The translations under genes were made by a program, and so were the position numbers. Below, one piece after another: positions 1 to 14,015 of a stretch of DNA of 64,000 nt. Numbering within the stretch: the first letter of the stretch is position 1; each line of letters starts with the position of its first letter. Origin of the DNA: Eledone cirrhosa (Eukaryota); contig OZ024743.1 in assembly GCA_964016885.1 (NCBI GenBank), positions 30,566,001 to 30,630,000 on the forward strand. The letters run 5' to 3'. The notes under the pieces are model-generated. The model ran no database searches, was not told the origin of the DNA, and saw only the letters and a program-made list of their open reading frames with translations.

Positions 1-359
1 AAAGTATGAAATCAATCAGGAGGATTTGCACCGAATGTGCAGAGCGCCGGCATGCTGACTACTATGGAGTCTACTATGCACGTTCGAACGTCTTTCCCAT
101 TGCATTGGTCATATATGTGACACATATAACATCAAAAACAAATACGTGGTAATGGGTGGAAATATATAAATGCAAAGTGTAATATATTAGATGATTGCAC
201 ATTATTCATGTAGGCATGCAGTTTTTTGTACATTGTTTTTCGAGCATGTGTAATTAAATATTTAGATATATCTTTGACATTTCCAAATATAGATTAATAC
301 AGATATGATAATCCACGTTACAACACAAATATCACAAACACGCTTGTATATATAAACAT

Positions 360-949
<590 letters not shown>

Positions 950-1451
950 CATACATATTTGTTTGCATACCTCTGCATTTGTGCGAGTATATCTGTCACT
1001 CGTAGATATTTATCAGTAACAGAGTCGAAAGTTATTAAAAAAATATGCGTATTCAAACTAAACTAACATGCCACATAAAAATATTATACATTGGTAGTTG
1101 CACAAATATTTCTGTATACATTTATCTTCATTAAATGAATATGCATCTTTAATTTCAATAACCCCTGCCCTTTATGTAATATAGGGCGTTCTTCTGTTAG
1201 TTAATGCGATCTAAAAAGTCTAAAAACTAAGTGTTGTACCTTATTTTCCATATGTAACATGATTTTTTCCTTTTAATGTCTGTTCCATGGACTACTTGGA
1301 TGATCACATTAACATATGATTACTGCTATGATATGTGTTTGGATGATATTCACTAGATTTCATATCCTTTTGAAGAAACAGTGTCTACAACTGATCCGCC
1401 CAGGAATTTCTCAGAGAAAAGGTGTCTGGATATATATATATATATATAAAG

Positions 1452-1722
1452 ATGAAAAAATGAAAGAATCCTAGAAACACACAATATCCTTTAAATTAAA
1501 GGCAACCCACTAAACCCACTAAAACACATTTTCACTGCAACAAATATACCCACACCAATCTCCGGTCCTACGGTAACAAAATGCGGGAGAACAAACTGTA
1601 GCACATGCCTAGACTCATTTGAAGGAAAAAAATCACATTTAAAGATGGCCAAACGTTTACAGTGAAAAACAACTTCACTTGCAACTCAGAGAACCTGATC
1701 TACGTAATCACATGCGGTGGAT
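1452..1722 (+). pseudogene. Neptune-like PLE fragment (linker + start of GIY-YIG endonuclease)
   Basis: Manual translation VTKCGRTNCSTCL...TFTVKNNFTCNSENLIYVITCGG matches KKCGRSNCGTC...FTVKNHFTCSSKNLFYAIKCKG at 49.26-49.41 kb; frameshifted. Confidence 0.85.
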
Positions 1723-3199
1723 ATTGACATAACAACATAGATATAGCGAATGGCTGAAGTAATAGGTGCATACCGATTTTTAAAACATGTATCACTCCAC
1801 GGCAATATAAAAATATGGTATATAAATCTACAAGGCCTACGCATTCGGTGTTTATTTTATTGAACATAGTATATTTAACTTTCTGCCATAGGAAGAATTG
1901 AAGTACACTATAGAACACTAATAATTCAAAGTATGACCTTTTGTAAAAATTTACTTTATTCTTCAGGAAATGAATATTTTCTAATAATTTGATATGCCTA
2001 GTTAGCCAGCATATTTTCTGTGATACCTAATGTATAATATTTTATCTATTTAACCATAATGTTTCACCTCACAAACTTTTCCATTCAGTAGAAAATAGTA
2101 ATGTTATTTAAAACATATTAATGCGGTATTATATATCATGTATGTCTTTTCATCTATATACAAAACTTGTCAAATGAAATATTGAAAAACGATGTTCTAT
2201 TTTTTTAATTTTGTTTTTGCCGCATCTCCAAACAGTTTCATTATATATAATTTGTTATCCTGATTGAATAATTAAGATAATCAAAAAATAAATTAGATTC
2301 AAGAGACAATTTATATACCTCATAAGAATACCTTATGCAGTAACATAATGGAAATATACAGTTTCTCGTTTGAAATATATAACAAACATTATGCAAAACA
2401 GTATTCATTTATATCGTAAGCATGATAAGTGAAAGCCAGTACATTCAGTTATATCTACAAAGGTAATTGACTGATATTTCTTATTTCCATGCCAGATAGA
2501 TGAAAGTCAATGTACTCGGAGGTAGCGGCAAATAAAATTCACCTTAGATGCTAATCAATTAATTATGCAAATATAGGAAAATTATAGAGCAACGAGTTTC
2601 ACGCATGTAAGCCAGATACATCATTCTGATTCTGGATCAGTTCATTGTCCTTTTATTTCATTTACATAGATTATGTCTTAGAAAAACCATGAGAGTGTAT
2701 CTGTCATACTTTTCCAGTATTTGAGCATTACACGCCAGATTTAAGGCTTTCCAGTGATAAGTTCAGTTTAATGCTGAAAGAATGTTGTTAATGCTTCAGT
2801 TCCTTATATTAATATCGTCAGTTATTTAAATAAGATGGTAAATACAGTGAGTATTTATACATGATAAAACACTAGACGGACAAACATATGTTATTCCTTC
2901 TACGTTACTCGAATTTAAAATTAAACCAACCTGATCTTATAATCACTTCACCCGAGATCCATAGCATAATATGTTTAAGGTCCTGTTTTCAGCAATGACA
3001 ACATTGAATATTACCCTAAAGAGATCTATATTATCTAAAACACAAGACAACAATAATGGCTTGTTAAAGGTTTTTTTGCTGTTTTAAAATTGATTTTTGT
3101 TTATGTTTACTGCTAATGCTTTTCCGGGATTCAATGAGGTTTCATTTTGTGAGTAATTCTGTTTATTAAGTTTGGATGTTATCATTGAAATTGTAGTCG

Positions 3200-3830
3200 G
3201 GGGCCTTGTATATAGCCTCATACTTCGACCTTTTTTTATTGCAAATGGAGGAAAAATAATTGATACCAGAAACAATCTTAAAGATCTGGTCCAGTAACTG
3301 AAGAAGTGAACAAATGGGGAACGTAACAGAGCGGATACGAACACCATGAGTAACAGCGAAAGAAGAGGGTGCCCAACATGATTGCTGAAGAAGGAATTGA
3401 AAATGTGAGCCGATTTAAGCATCATGGATCTGTATGCTCGATAATGAAGAGATTGAAATGAATGTCAACATTTGAAACTGGAAACAGAAGTATTTCAATG
3501 AATATAAATGAGTATAAATCTAGAAGATACCAACAACAAATACACGTCGTCCATATTATTCTAGCAGCAGCCATGTTATATCCAATAGAAATTTGAAGAT
3601 AAATACGAGAATCACCAAAATGTTGGATGATTCTCTCTAAACGTTAATAGGTAGAATCTTGGGTGTTTCGAAACCTACATATATCAGAGACAAACACTAT
3701 GTAAAAAATGGAATCTCCTTGAACAATTAGGCTGTATATAGATCCAGCTCCTAGGGAGAGAGTAAAATGAGGCATGACGAAACACAGAAGGCTATGTGTC
3801 ATATAGTATTAGATCTTTAAGGAGGGTCAG
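3200..3830 (+). mobile_element. Possible highly degraded non-LTR (R4/Dong-like) remnant
   Basis: Purine-rich decayed coding-like sequence; weak resemblance to an RLE C-terminus. Confidence 0.25.
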
Positions 3831-4806
3831 AATGTTGTTAAGAAAAAACTGGGAAAACATAGAACTAGCATCTGTGGAAGAGAACTGTAACTTGATTTTT
3901 AAACACATTGAGCAATACAGAATTCTGTTTACTATAAAATATTGAATATGCGTGCTTCGTGAAACATATTACTCAATATTGTTACAAATTGAGAATGACA
4001 AATTTATAAAAATTAAATCGTTTGTATATCGTGAAGAATTTATAAAATATAATGACATCAATTATCTTAAACAGGGAAACAAACTATTTAAGCCCTAGCA
4101 GTAAGATATCAACGCTCTTCAATTAACATATTAAAACAATTCCAGTATATTGATATATATCGATATAGCCATTTGAATTGAATCCAGCACCTTACTTATA
4201 ATGCACTTACATACATCGTATAATATAATGCAAATTTACCTAAACCATGCAGAGATGTCTACCATTATTTCGTTGGGTTATTTTCGCATTAAAGAACAAC
4301 ACCTAATCAAATATGCTCTAATCTATGTGACAGATATCAAACGTAAATCGTAAAGACAAACCACTTTGAACATGTTTAGATATACGATTACTTGAAAATA
4401 TTTACGCAGCACTTTAGTATTTGTTCAAGATGGGCAGTTAATTAAAAATCAATTTCAACAGTCACATTAAGCAATAATGGAATATTCGAAATTGTTCCTA
4501 TGATGTGGATGTCCAATCATCTATGAAGGTTTTGGCTGACACTTTACTAGGAAAACTACATTATATAATGGATTGACCTACAACGTATGTCCTGCATAAT
4601 CATAATATAATACGCATGGCTTTTTAGTTATTTAGCGATAACATACGATAAAAGGAATGCAGCATCCTAGAAAAAGAAATCAAGTATATATTTATATATA
4701 TAGTATTAGTTATACTATTTATGGTTATGTAAACACAAAACCTTAAGCAGTTGTAAGTATTTTACACACACCCTAAATAGTGGTAGGCAGTAATGTATTA
4801 CTACCA

Positions 4807-4881
<75 letters not shown>

Positions 4882-5124
4882 AAATCTCCGTGGAACCTGA
4901 GCTAATATTTACACCACATTAACTCTTGACTGATGATGGATCATACAGGAGGTGATTGTATTATCTCAAATTAATGCTGTAAATTATAACAGACAAGATG
5001 TCTTAATGTTTGTCGACGCATCCGTCGTAGGCTTCTCTGCATCTTTCTCTTATTTTATCTGTTATACCTTACGTTAAATCTGCCTATTCATGAAACACAG
5101 CAGGTGTATTTTATTTGTAAATCT

Positions 5125-5283
<159 letters not shown>

Positions 5284-5479
5284 AGGCCACATACATGTTG
5301 TCCAATAACTACATTTTCTAGCATATTGCATATATATATATATATATATATAAATGAAGTAATTCCGTCGGAAAAGTCCAGGAGAAAAGAGTGCTCTGTG
5401 TAGGTAACAGAGCTTAATAGTTATGTAATAAACAACATAAGGCAATTATTCCATTTACCAGTGGTTTCTTAAAAGCAAA

Positions 5480-6907
5480 TTACAAGGTAAAAATAAGTGT
5501 AGATTTAACCAATTTGATATTGTCGATTTTTACCCATCTATTACTGTTTCCTTATTAACTAATGCCTTAGATTGTGTAAGACCCTTCATTAATATTTCTA
5601 AATTAGAAGAAGACATTATCTGTCATGCTAGAAAAACTTTACTCTTTACTAATGATAATATTTGGGTTAAAAAGTCAAACCCTGAAAACTCTTTTGATGT
5701 TGCAATGGGTTCATATGACAGTGCGGATGTGTGTGACTTAGTAGGATTACTCCTTCTCCACACCCTCAAAGAGAAATTTCCGTCCCATAATATCGGTTTA
5801 TACCGTGATGACGGATTAGCAGTTTCTCATACCACCAACGGCCATAACCTTGATAAATTCCGTAAAGATTTAATCAATTCTTTTGCTAACCTTAACCTTA
5901 AAATCACTATAGATACGAACCTTACTAATGCTAACTTTCTTGATATTAATCTTGATCTACTTACCGCCTCTTTTAAACCCTATCATAAACCTAATGAAAA
6001 TCTTAGGTATATACACAAAGACTCTTGCCATCCCCCTATATATTTTAATAATCTTATTCCTAACATTAGCCGTAGGATTTCTACCTTATCTTCGTCTATA
6101 TACATTTTTAATAAAGCCGCCCCTTATTATAATAAAGCCCTTAAGAACAGCGGTTTTACAGAAAAAAATTCTTATTTACCTACCCCCCCCCCCCCCCCCC
6201 CTAAAACTAACCAGAATAACAGGAAAAGGAAGATTATTTGGTTAACACACCCCTTCTCTCTAACTGTCAAAACTAATGTAGGAAGGAAATTCCTTGAACT
6301 ATTAGACAAACATTTTCCTCCTAATCATAGATATTATAAGATATTTAATAGGAACGTAGTTAAGATCAGCTACTCTTGTTGCCCATCTATGAAGTCCAAA
6401 ATCACCAGTTCAAACCATACGAGAATAAATCCAGGATGCAGTTGCAGGAAGCCGGATGAATGCCCATTGCAGGGTAAATGTAACACCAAATTTGTTGTTT
6501 ATGAGGCTAAGGTAACCCCGGTAATCAACAACCAGCCATCCAGGAGTGAGCGATATGTCGGTATGACCCAGGACAGGTTTAAAACCAGATTTTACTCACA
6601 TGTCGCTTCTTTTAAGCACTCCGATAAACGAACATCAACGGCCCTCGCAAGTAAGGCGTGGGAACTCAAGGATAGTAATATCCCGTACTCTATTGATTGG
6701 TCTATATTAGACCATTCGAGGGAGTACCAAAGAGGCACAAAGAATTGTTCTTTGTGTACCACAGAAAAGTATAGGATTTTGCTTAACTTGAGAGCCACTT
6801 CCGCTTGCCTTAACTCAAAGACTGAGATCTTCAGATGCTGTCCTCATCTGAAATCGCATCTGATCTGCAACTGGATTGACACTCCTATGATAAATCAACC
6901 GCCTTGA
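5480..6907 (+). CDS. PLE reverse transcriptase (partial) + GIY-YIG endonuclease, Naiad-type
   Basis: Frame is open upstream of the tracked ATG (QFDIVDFYPSI); MGSYDSADVCDLVG, GLYRDDGL, CSCRKPDECPLQGKC, VVYEA...YVGMT, CSLC..EK, LNSKTE motifs. Confidence 0.9.
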   Translation, partial: LQGKNKCRFNQFDIVDFYPSITVSLLTNALDCVRPFINISKLEEDIICHARKTLLFTNDNIWVKKSNPENSFDVAMGSYDSADVCDLVGLLLLHTLKEKFPSHNIGLYRDDGLAVSHTTNGHNLDKFRKDLINSFANLNLKITIDTNLTNANFLDINLDLLTASFKPYHKPNENLRYIHKDSCHPPIYFNNLIPNISRRISTLSSSIYIFNKAAPYYNKALKNSGFTEKNSYLPTPPPPPPKTNQNNRKRKIIWLTHPFSLTVKTNVGRKFLELLDKHFPPNHRYYKIFNRNVVKISYSCCPSMKSKITSSNHTRINPGCSCRKPDECPLQGKCNTKFVVYEAKVTPVINNQPSRSERYVGMTQDRFKTRFYSHVASFKHSDKRTSTALASKAWELKDSNIPYSIDWSILDHSREYQRGTKNCSLCTTEKYRILLNLRATSACLNSKTEIFRCCPHLKSHLICNWIDTPMINQPP

Positions 6908-7204
6908 ATTCCTTCTCTGCTCTTTACTTCTGCTAAGGTTTTTTTTTTGCTGATCTACGTTCTGTACTCTTGTATATTTATTTTTTTCTCCCTTACCTCC
7001 CCTTATATTTCACCTTTTCCTATGACCCCCACCCCCCCCCCCCCGCCCATATATTATTTTTGCCTTGCACTTCACATACCCATGTGTATGTGTATGTATA
7101 TTTGTGTGCATATATATAAATGTATGTATATATGTGTGTATATATATGTATATATATATATTTGTGTGTGTATATGTATGTATATGTAGATAGACCAGGT
7201 TTTT

Positions 7205-7263
7205 TTCATTCTGAAGATTGAAGGAAACATTTTTTTGCTTTTAAGAAACCACTGGTGAATGGA
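7205..7263 (+). ncRNA. Type I hammerhead ribozyme motif, probably inactive (GUG cleavage triplet)
   Basis: UUCAUU-CUGAAGA-stem II-GAAA-CCACUGG-UG-AAUGGA. Confidence 0.75.
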
Positions 7264-7299
7264 ATAAATGCCTTATGTTGCTTATTACTTTATTACTTT

Positions 7300-7546
7300 A
7301 CTGCTATATATATGTATATGTAAGATTCATATAAATTATCTAAGACTGAGTTTTACACACACACACATGTATATGTGTATGTGTGTGTATATATATATGT
7401 ATATGTGTGTGTGTGTGTGTGTTTGTATTAGGTTGTGTGTGTTTATGATATATACGTATGTGTATGTGTATAATTGTATAACTATGTATGTATATGTATG
7501 TGTGTATGTATATATATATGTGTGTGTGTGTATGTTTATATTTATG

Positions 7547-7579
<33 letters not shown>

Positions 7580-8244
7580 ATAATTACATATACATATGTG
7601 TCTGTATAATTGTATACGTGTGCGTGTTTGTGCATGTATGTGTATGTATGTGTTTACGTATTTGTATATGTATATTTATGTGCGAGAGTGTGTGTATGTA
7701 TTTACTATTTCGTACGTATGTATACGTGCATTTGTGTGTATTACTTACCACGCGTGTCTGTCCAGTTAGCTGCGTTCTGTATCGCTGTCAAAAATTGTTT
7801 TATATATATATATATATTTTATTTTTCTCATATTTATTTGCGTGTGTGAATATGTAGAGGAGTGCATTTATGTATGTGTATGTATGTACATGTGTATATA
7901 TGTATGATTGTGTGCATGTATGTATGTATGTTTATGTATGTGTGTATGGCTATGTTTGTGTATGTGTATGCTTGTACACATATATATATATATATGTATA
8001 TGTGTGTATGTATATGTAATTATATTTATGTTTCTATGTGTATGTATGTGTGTATATATGTGTGTCTGGTTGTATATATATATGTGTATGTATGGATGTG
8101 TTGATATTTATGTGCGTATGTATATATGTGTTTGTGTGTATTTATATACACATATATGTGTGTATATATGTGTGCGTGTGTGTATGTATGAGTGTATGTA
8201 TGTGTATATATATATGTATATGTATGTATATATATGTATATATG

Positions 8245-8275
<31 letters not shown>

Positions 8276-8320
8276 ATGTATGCTTTTGTGTTTTTGCGTG
8301 TGTGTTTGCATGTGTAGTTT
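7300..8320. repeat. Degenerate (TG)/(TA)/(TATG) microsatellite tract within the PLE 3' region
   Basis: Directly visible. Confidence 0.95.
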
Positions 8321-8418
8321 TATTTTATTTTTCCTTTCCTTCTTCCTTCTCCAGCCTCACTTTCATATAGATTGCATTTTTGTTTTTAAAATCCAAATTC
8401 AATAAACAGACCAGGATT

Positions 8419-8480
8419 TTTTCATTCTGAGGATTGAAAGCAACATCTTTTGCTTTTAAGAAACCACTGGTAAATGGAAT
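8419..8480 (+). ncRNA. Type I hammerhead ribozyme, intact core
   Basis: Stem I UUCAUU/AAUGGA, CUGAGGA 8427-8433, stem II UUGAAAGCAA/UUGCUUUUAA, GAAA, short stem III ACC-ACU-GGU, GUA cleavage site at 8472. Confidence 0.88.
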
Positions 8481-8504
8481 AATTGCCTTATGTTGTTTAT
8501 TACA

Positions 8505-8544
<40 letters not shown>

Positions 8545-8597
8545 GACAAATTTGAACAGGGACAGAACAGAGGCAGTACAATAAATGTTTATTAAAT

Positions 8598-8717
<120 letters not shown>

Positions 8718-8832
8718 GGCAAATAACTTTTTTTTTAAATTCTAGCTAACAAGTTATATGTGCATGTACCATATTCTGTGTGTCTGTGTATGTTCAATAA
8801 TGTACCATTACTATAATCTTTATAATGAGATA

Positions 8833-8946
8833 ATTGTTTCTACTTTTAGCACAAGGCCAGCAATTATCCCAGTGTATTACTGGTACTTTATTTTATCGAC
8901 CCCGTAAGGATGAAAGGCAAAGTTAACCTCGGCGGAATTTGAACTA
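8833..8946 (-). mobile_element. tRNA-derived SINE (3' part)
   Basis: Reverse complement of the 35456-35648 family: GTTCAAATTCCGCCGAGGTTAACTTTGCCTTTCATCCTTACGGGGTCGATAAA...AGTACCAGT. Confidence 0.85.
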
Positions 8947-11769
8947 ATGAGATAATGGCATGTAATTAGGATAATACCTGTTTGTTATTATGCATTGTCT
9001 ATGTATTTGTCATGACTGATTAGAGTCGTTAAATTTTCCTTTCAAAAATCTTCTTCGATGCCCCTCTCTAATCCTTACATCGTTTTTCTATATTTAGTCA
9101 TGGTTTCAATTAGCAGTATTCTATTCACATCTGATAATTGTTTACAAATAATGGGCCTAATTGAATGAGATTCAAGTCCGAAGTTTCATTTCCTTTCACT
9201 TTGACAGAAAATACGGTTTTCAGGATATTTTTACACTTGCTTGTATTTATAATTTTCCTTTTTTAATGTTCTTCCGTCGTCTGCAAAAAGCATAGTATCT
9301 ATAGAATTCATTTTATTCTAGTATTATAAGATGAATCGTAAAAAAAAATAAAACAATGCAAATCGTTATAATTGATATTCATGATACAGAAACTGAAAGA
9401 AAAAATGGAATAGAATTGAAATAATTAATCTTGATGTAATGTCGCTTTTCAATTCTAATATATAATATTTCTATGTTTATCCAAAGCAATTCTTCTGAAG
9501 TGAAACACAGCTTTCGTGTTTAGAATCTTACACATTATAACCTATTACTTCAAGTTAATTAGCACATGCACACCCCTAAAATATAGTCGTTATCGTGTTA
9601 CACATAACAGATTTAGCTACATTTCCTCAAAGGATCCTTTCCCTGTATCTTGTGAAGTTAAAGGAATCTTGGAGTGATTCACTTGCTTAATGAAGTTGCG
9701 GTAAAATGCTAGAATCGCTAGAGTGTCCTATAGAATAACGAATACTATTTATTCCATCGTTCTCTGTTTTGATGACAAATTATGTCCAAGTCAAATCCGA
9801 CTTATATTCGTCTGGTCCAAATGATATAGTAATATACAAGTATTGTGGTCGGATATTTCCTCTTTCACTCATTCTATCTTGGTGTCAATTATATTGTGCA
9901 TTTAGATTGAATATGTGGCGCTATTTAGTCTCTTCTTTCCAACCCCGGAATTGGAGAAACAGCGAATAAGGAGGGAACTTCCTCAACTCATAGATACTTG
10001 ATATATCAGTGGAACGGGCGATGTGTACGTCACATATGAGGCGCATTTATAAAGAGATGAAACATGTATTTGGGGATTTAAACAGAAATCTGAAATGATC
10101 TGGCTAGTGAATATTGTGATGACGTTTTGGTTGCCGAATGATGAAATTATATTTAATTTATTCTGCTCATAACATTATAAAAGATATAAACATCATGCTC
10201 ACATTTTTTCTTAATTCTTAAACTGACAACCTCCTATTAAAGGAGAATCAGTGTTCCCTCGAGTATCGACGATTTGTTTGCATCAATCGCAAATTTTGTA
10301 TAAAGATTTGCGTTTCATGATAGTATATGACTTTGAAGACTCCAAATGTTTTGATATATGAAACTGATTCGTCATTTATATATCGTGATAAATGCTGCTA
10401 ACAGACCTTCTGCTTGTGCTTCAATAATTCATCATTGTTGCATCTCCAAATTCATGAGAATTATAACTATTTTGGCTGATAAAATAAATCCATAGAAAAC
10501 ATATGATGCCAGCATTAATATAAGTTATTATTCTATGCAATACACTTCACAAATATCATCGATAAATCGGTAGCAAAATTATTCTAAGCAATATAATACA
10601 AATATATATAATACAAATATATATACATGATATATAAAAGAAAGATATTTAATGAAAATTGTACAAACCGAATTATACGAGTCCAAGCCGTTCCTTATTA
10701 CACACCCCTATATTGTATATCACCAAAATCTTTGAAAATATTATTCAGAATAAAGTGCAATATTAACATTCTAAATTCCAGTATTAACATATAGCAATAG
10801 TTTGCGTTGTACTCCACTTTGAACGTTTAAATATATCCTTTACTACACTTTTCAAAATGCTGCTAATTATAAGTGATTATTAGTTGAAATTCATATAGCT
10901 GCTTAAGGATAATTACGTTTTGAAATACTTATTATTTACATTGTCATTATAGATTCGTGTAAACTAGCTTGTTTATCAGCAGTGTATACGTGCCATGTCA
11001 TTTAATTTAAATGTTACAAAAATCAATTTTAATATTTTCTATGCCAGTCAGGAAATAATGCGTCATGTGTAGGCCCAAGTGATATCAGAACGTATGAAGT
11101 ATAATGTGGAAACTATCCTACGAGGGAAGATATGTGTTCACGGTCAGATTAATAGAAGGATCAGACGATTTAATAGAAAGATCAGACGATGGCTAAAAGG
11201 TTGAGAGAAAACTACGACCAGCATATTATGGCCATAGGGTTGGCTGACATGATGTCAATTTGTAAATATATAACGAACTTGCCTACTTTATGTTTAATTA
11301 TATTAAAACGAAATATGACAAGAAAAAGGAAAGACAGAGAAATACGTGTTTCTGTAATTATACACAAGAAATGATAGAATTTCAATACATAAAACACAAA
11401 CTAATATTTTAGAAATAATTCACACCAGTTCATTATAATATTTATAGTGGTGATGTTTTCCGCCAGAATAGTCCTGGTGTATAGCAGGCTCATGGACACA
11501 GACTATTCCATATATTCTCCATACCTAATATATAAAATATTATCTTGTCCAATGTATCCTCCTCATATAAACATAGTTAAAATGCATTAATCTAAAGTTC
11601 TCTAAGCTCACTAGTATGTCCATCGCGAAATTGATATTGATGTATATGTTTTCAGTGAAGATATCTAGGAGTTGATTCAACTTTATGCAGAGTAGGATAT
11701 GATACCTACCACGATTAATTACAGAATAATTGAGAATATTTACAATAGACCAATCTATATTACTTGATA

Positions 11770-12010
11770 ATCGCGAGTTCTCGAGCCTCTGGCGGTGGAG
11801 ACTCCTCGTGTCCTTGACCCTAGAGCCACCAATCTACCCACCACCATCAGCAGGTGTGAGCCTCGCAAACTGGAATGGCTCTTCCAGCGTGACTCCCTGA
11901 CTATCCTCCAAGGAAAAGGTTTCTTTATTCTGTCCGTCGGGCCACAGGGTGGCCAGCGCATGGGCTCCCGTTTGCTTATAATAGTGAGAGATGGGGAGAG
12001 TGAGCGAGAC
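11770..12010 (-). mobile_element. Possible LTR fragment with PBS-like sequence
   Basis: GC-rich island; minus strand shows TATAAG, then AATAAA, then TGGTGGCTC; no clear TG..CA ends. Confidence 0.3.
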
Positions 12011-12353
12011 GGAGTAAATGACAGCGATTATAATTTCGATGGTTTAAAACAATTACTATTTATTTGTCCACAGAATTTCCATCTATCAATAATACAGATG
12101 ACTATTAATTTCTGGTAATACAACTCCCATGGTTATTTTATAATGAGTAACTTAAACTGATCCAATCACATAAATTAGCATAACTTAATCGAATATTGCT
12201 AAGCAGCGTGTATGGTTGTGTACAAAGGATGTATCTCATATGCACACAGGCATACACACATATTCTTTCACATACACAAACACAAACACACTCTTACACA
12301 CACAGACAAATACAGGTCCACCCACAAATTTACAAGCAGACACACACACACTG

Positions 12354-12429
<76 letters not shown>

Positions 12430-12869
12430 CGATTAAAACCAATTTCTTAACATTAAATTCATCTTTATATGTTCAGAGAAAATGTTCTCATGATGAATCA
12501 TTGCAATTAAAAGTCTTAAGGGTATAATCTCTCTAATGATTAGCATATAGATCACATAACTGTATTCTAATATTTATTAATTTATATGTTTATTCGTTTA
12601 TATGTCATATTTCAATATTCTGTTTTCTTGTTCTCATTGTTGCCATGTATTTAAGGATTGTGAATTGGCAGTATTGGTTGAGCGTCTTATTTATTCTTAT
12701 TGGGGAATTTCTTAAATAGACGTTCATTGTCAGTTGATAAAGCAAAGTACAATTAACGTACTAGGGTTCATTGATCCAGCTTTGGCGCTTCCAATCACAC
12801 TAGCAATTGTATGAAAATAAAAATGAATAATAATTTGATTCAATCCACCCTTCTCGCTTAGATTTCGAA

Positions 12870-13400
12870 ATTATGTAGGTAAGAAATGCATAGTGCTTCT
12901 AGACAAGCGCTTCCCTGTAGGGCATAACAACAGATCTATCTTTAACAGACACGAGGAGAAACTCGAATATTCCTGTGCTAAAAATACGAAAGCACACATC
13001 AACACCAACATGAAGAGTGCTCCGCAACCCGGATGTTCTTCATACAATCGCAATCATGCTCTCTAAAACCACAGTGTAGCACACCGGCAGTGGTCTATGT
13101 GGCTGAACTGACATCCTCCGAATTAACAGTAGTATTTCAAGACATATGTAGTTATTTCGGGGGGTTCATTTAACGAATGTTTCCTTAAACATCAGACACC
13201 TTTTAGACACTCTGATAAGCGATCGCTCACGGGGATTGCAAGCCACGGATATTCACACAAGGATGCAGCCATGAACTGCCGTATCCAAAGGAAAATCCTT
13301 ACAAAAGAGAGAAATACGCAAAGGAAACGATGTCCTGTAAGTTGTGCATCGATGAAGGACAACTATATTCCAGATGTTACGTAACAGCGCTTGCCATAAC
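12870..13400 (+). pseudogene. Degenerate Naiad-like PLE (RT C-terminus + GIY-YIG)
   Basis: YVGKKCIVLLDKRFPVGHNNRSIFNRHEEKLEYSC and FRHSDKRSLTGIAS parallel NVGRKFLELLDKHFPPNHRYYKIFNRNVVKISYSC and FKHSDKRTSTALAS of the 5.7-kb ORF. Confidence 0.8.
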
Positions 13401-13978
13401 GCGAGAACTGATTTTTATATTCCCTGCCCTCATGCTGCAAAATATCTACTGCATAACCAGAAGGACTCAGGATATCCAGATGTTTAAACAGGCTTGAATT
13501 ATTATAAGGGATCGTTCTTGAAACGTTTTTCCCATTCTGACACATGCTTCGCAGAATTCAGCCAGCACACAATACTTCCGTATTTATATATGCATATTAA
13601 AAGTTTAAGCAAACGAATTTCTGATTTCCCCCGGAGCGGAATCATCTGAAACTGCGGAAAATCAATATGTAAGAGCCAAATAAATATTTCATGAAACATT
13701 ACGACCAAATATTTCCATTAGAAAACGGGAAGACATAACGGTTGTCAGTAAGGGCGTACTCTTGAGATAAGCGAAATGCATGCAAGTAGAATTATGTCAT
13801 TATTTGCAGCGAGAAGGATACATTCTTGATATGGAAACATCTCTTATCCTCTTTTTCAATTCACAGGAAATTCGTATTATCTGGTATGTTCATATTGCTA
13901 CAAATTAGATATGTGAGTTTATTAATACACGATGGTGCAATCTCCGTTACACACTCTACATTTATAATATACAACTTT

Positions 13979-14012
<34 letters not shown>

Positions 14013-14015
<3 letters not shown>

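Larger units (their letters stand above)
5417..8511 (+). mobile_element. 5'-truncated Naiad-like Penelope-like element with 63-bp inverted terminal copy and duplicated HHR-bearing 3' end
   Basis: RT-GIY-YIG ORF; 5417-5479 is the reverse complement of 8449-8511; HHR motifs at 7205 and 8419; ends in (TA)n. Confidence 0.9.

Noticed and set aside
1-152. Protein-looking frames at the window start (KYEINQEDLHRMC; CTECAERRHADYYG)
   Set aside because: Truncated by the window edge, ambiguous frame, no recognisable family or splice support
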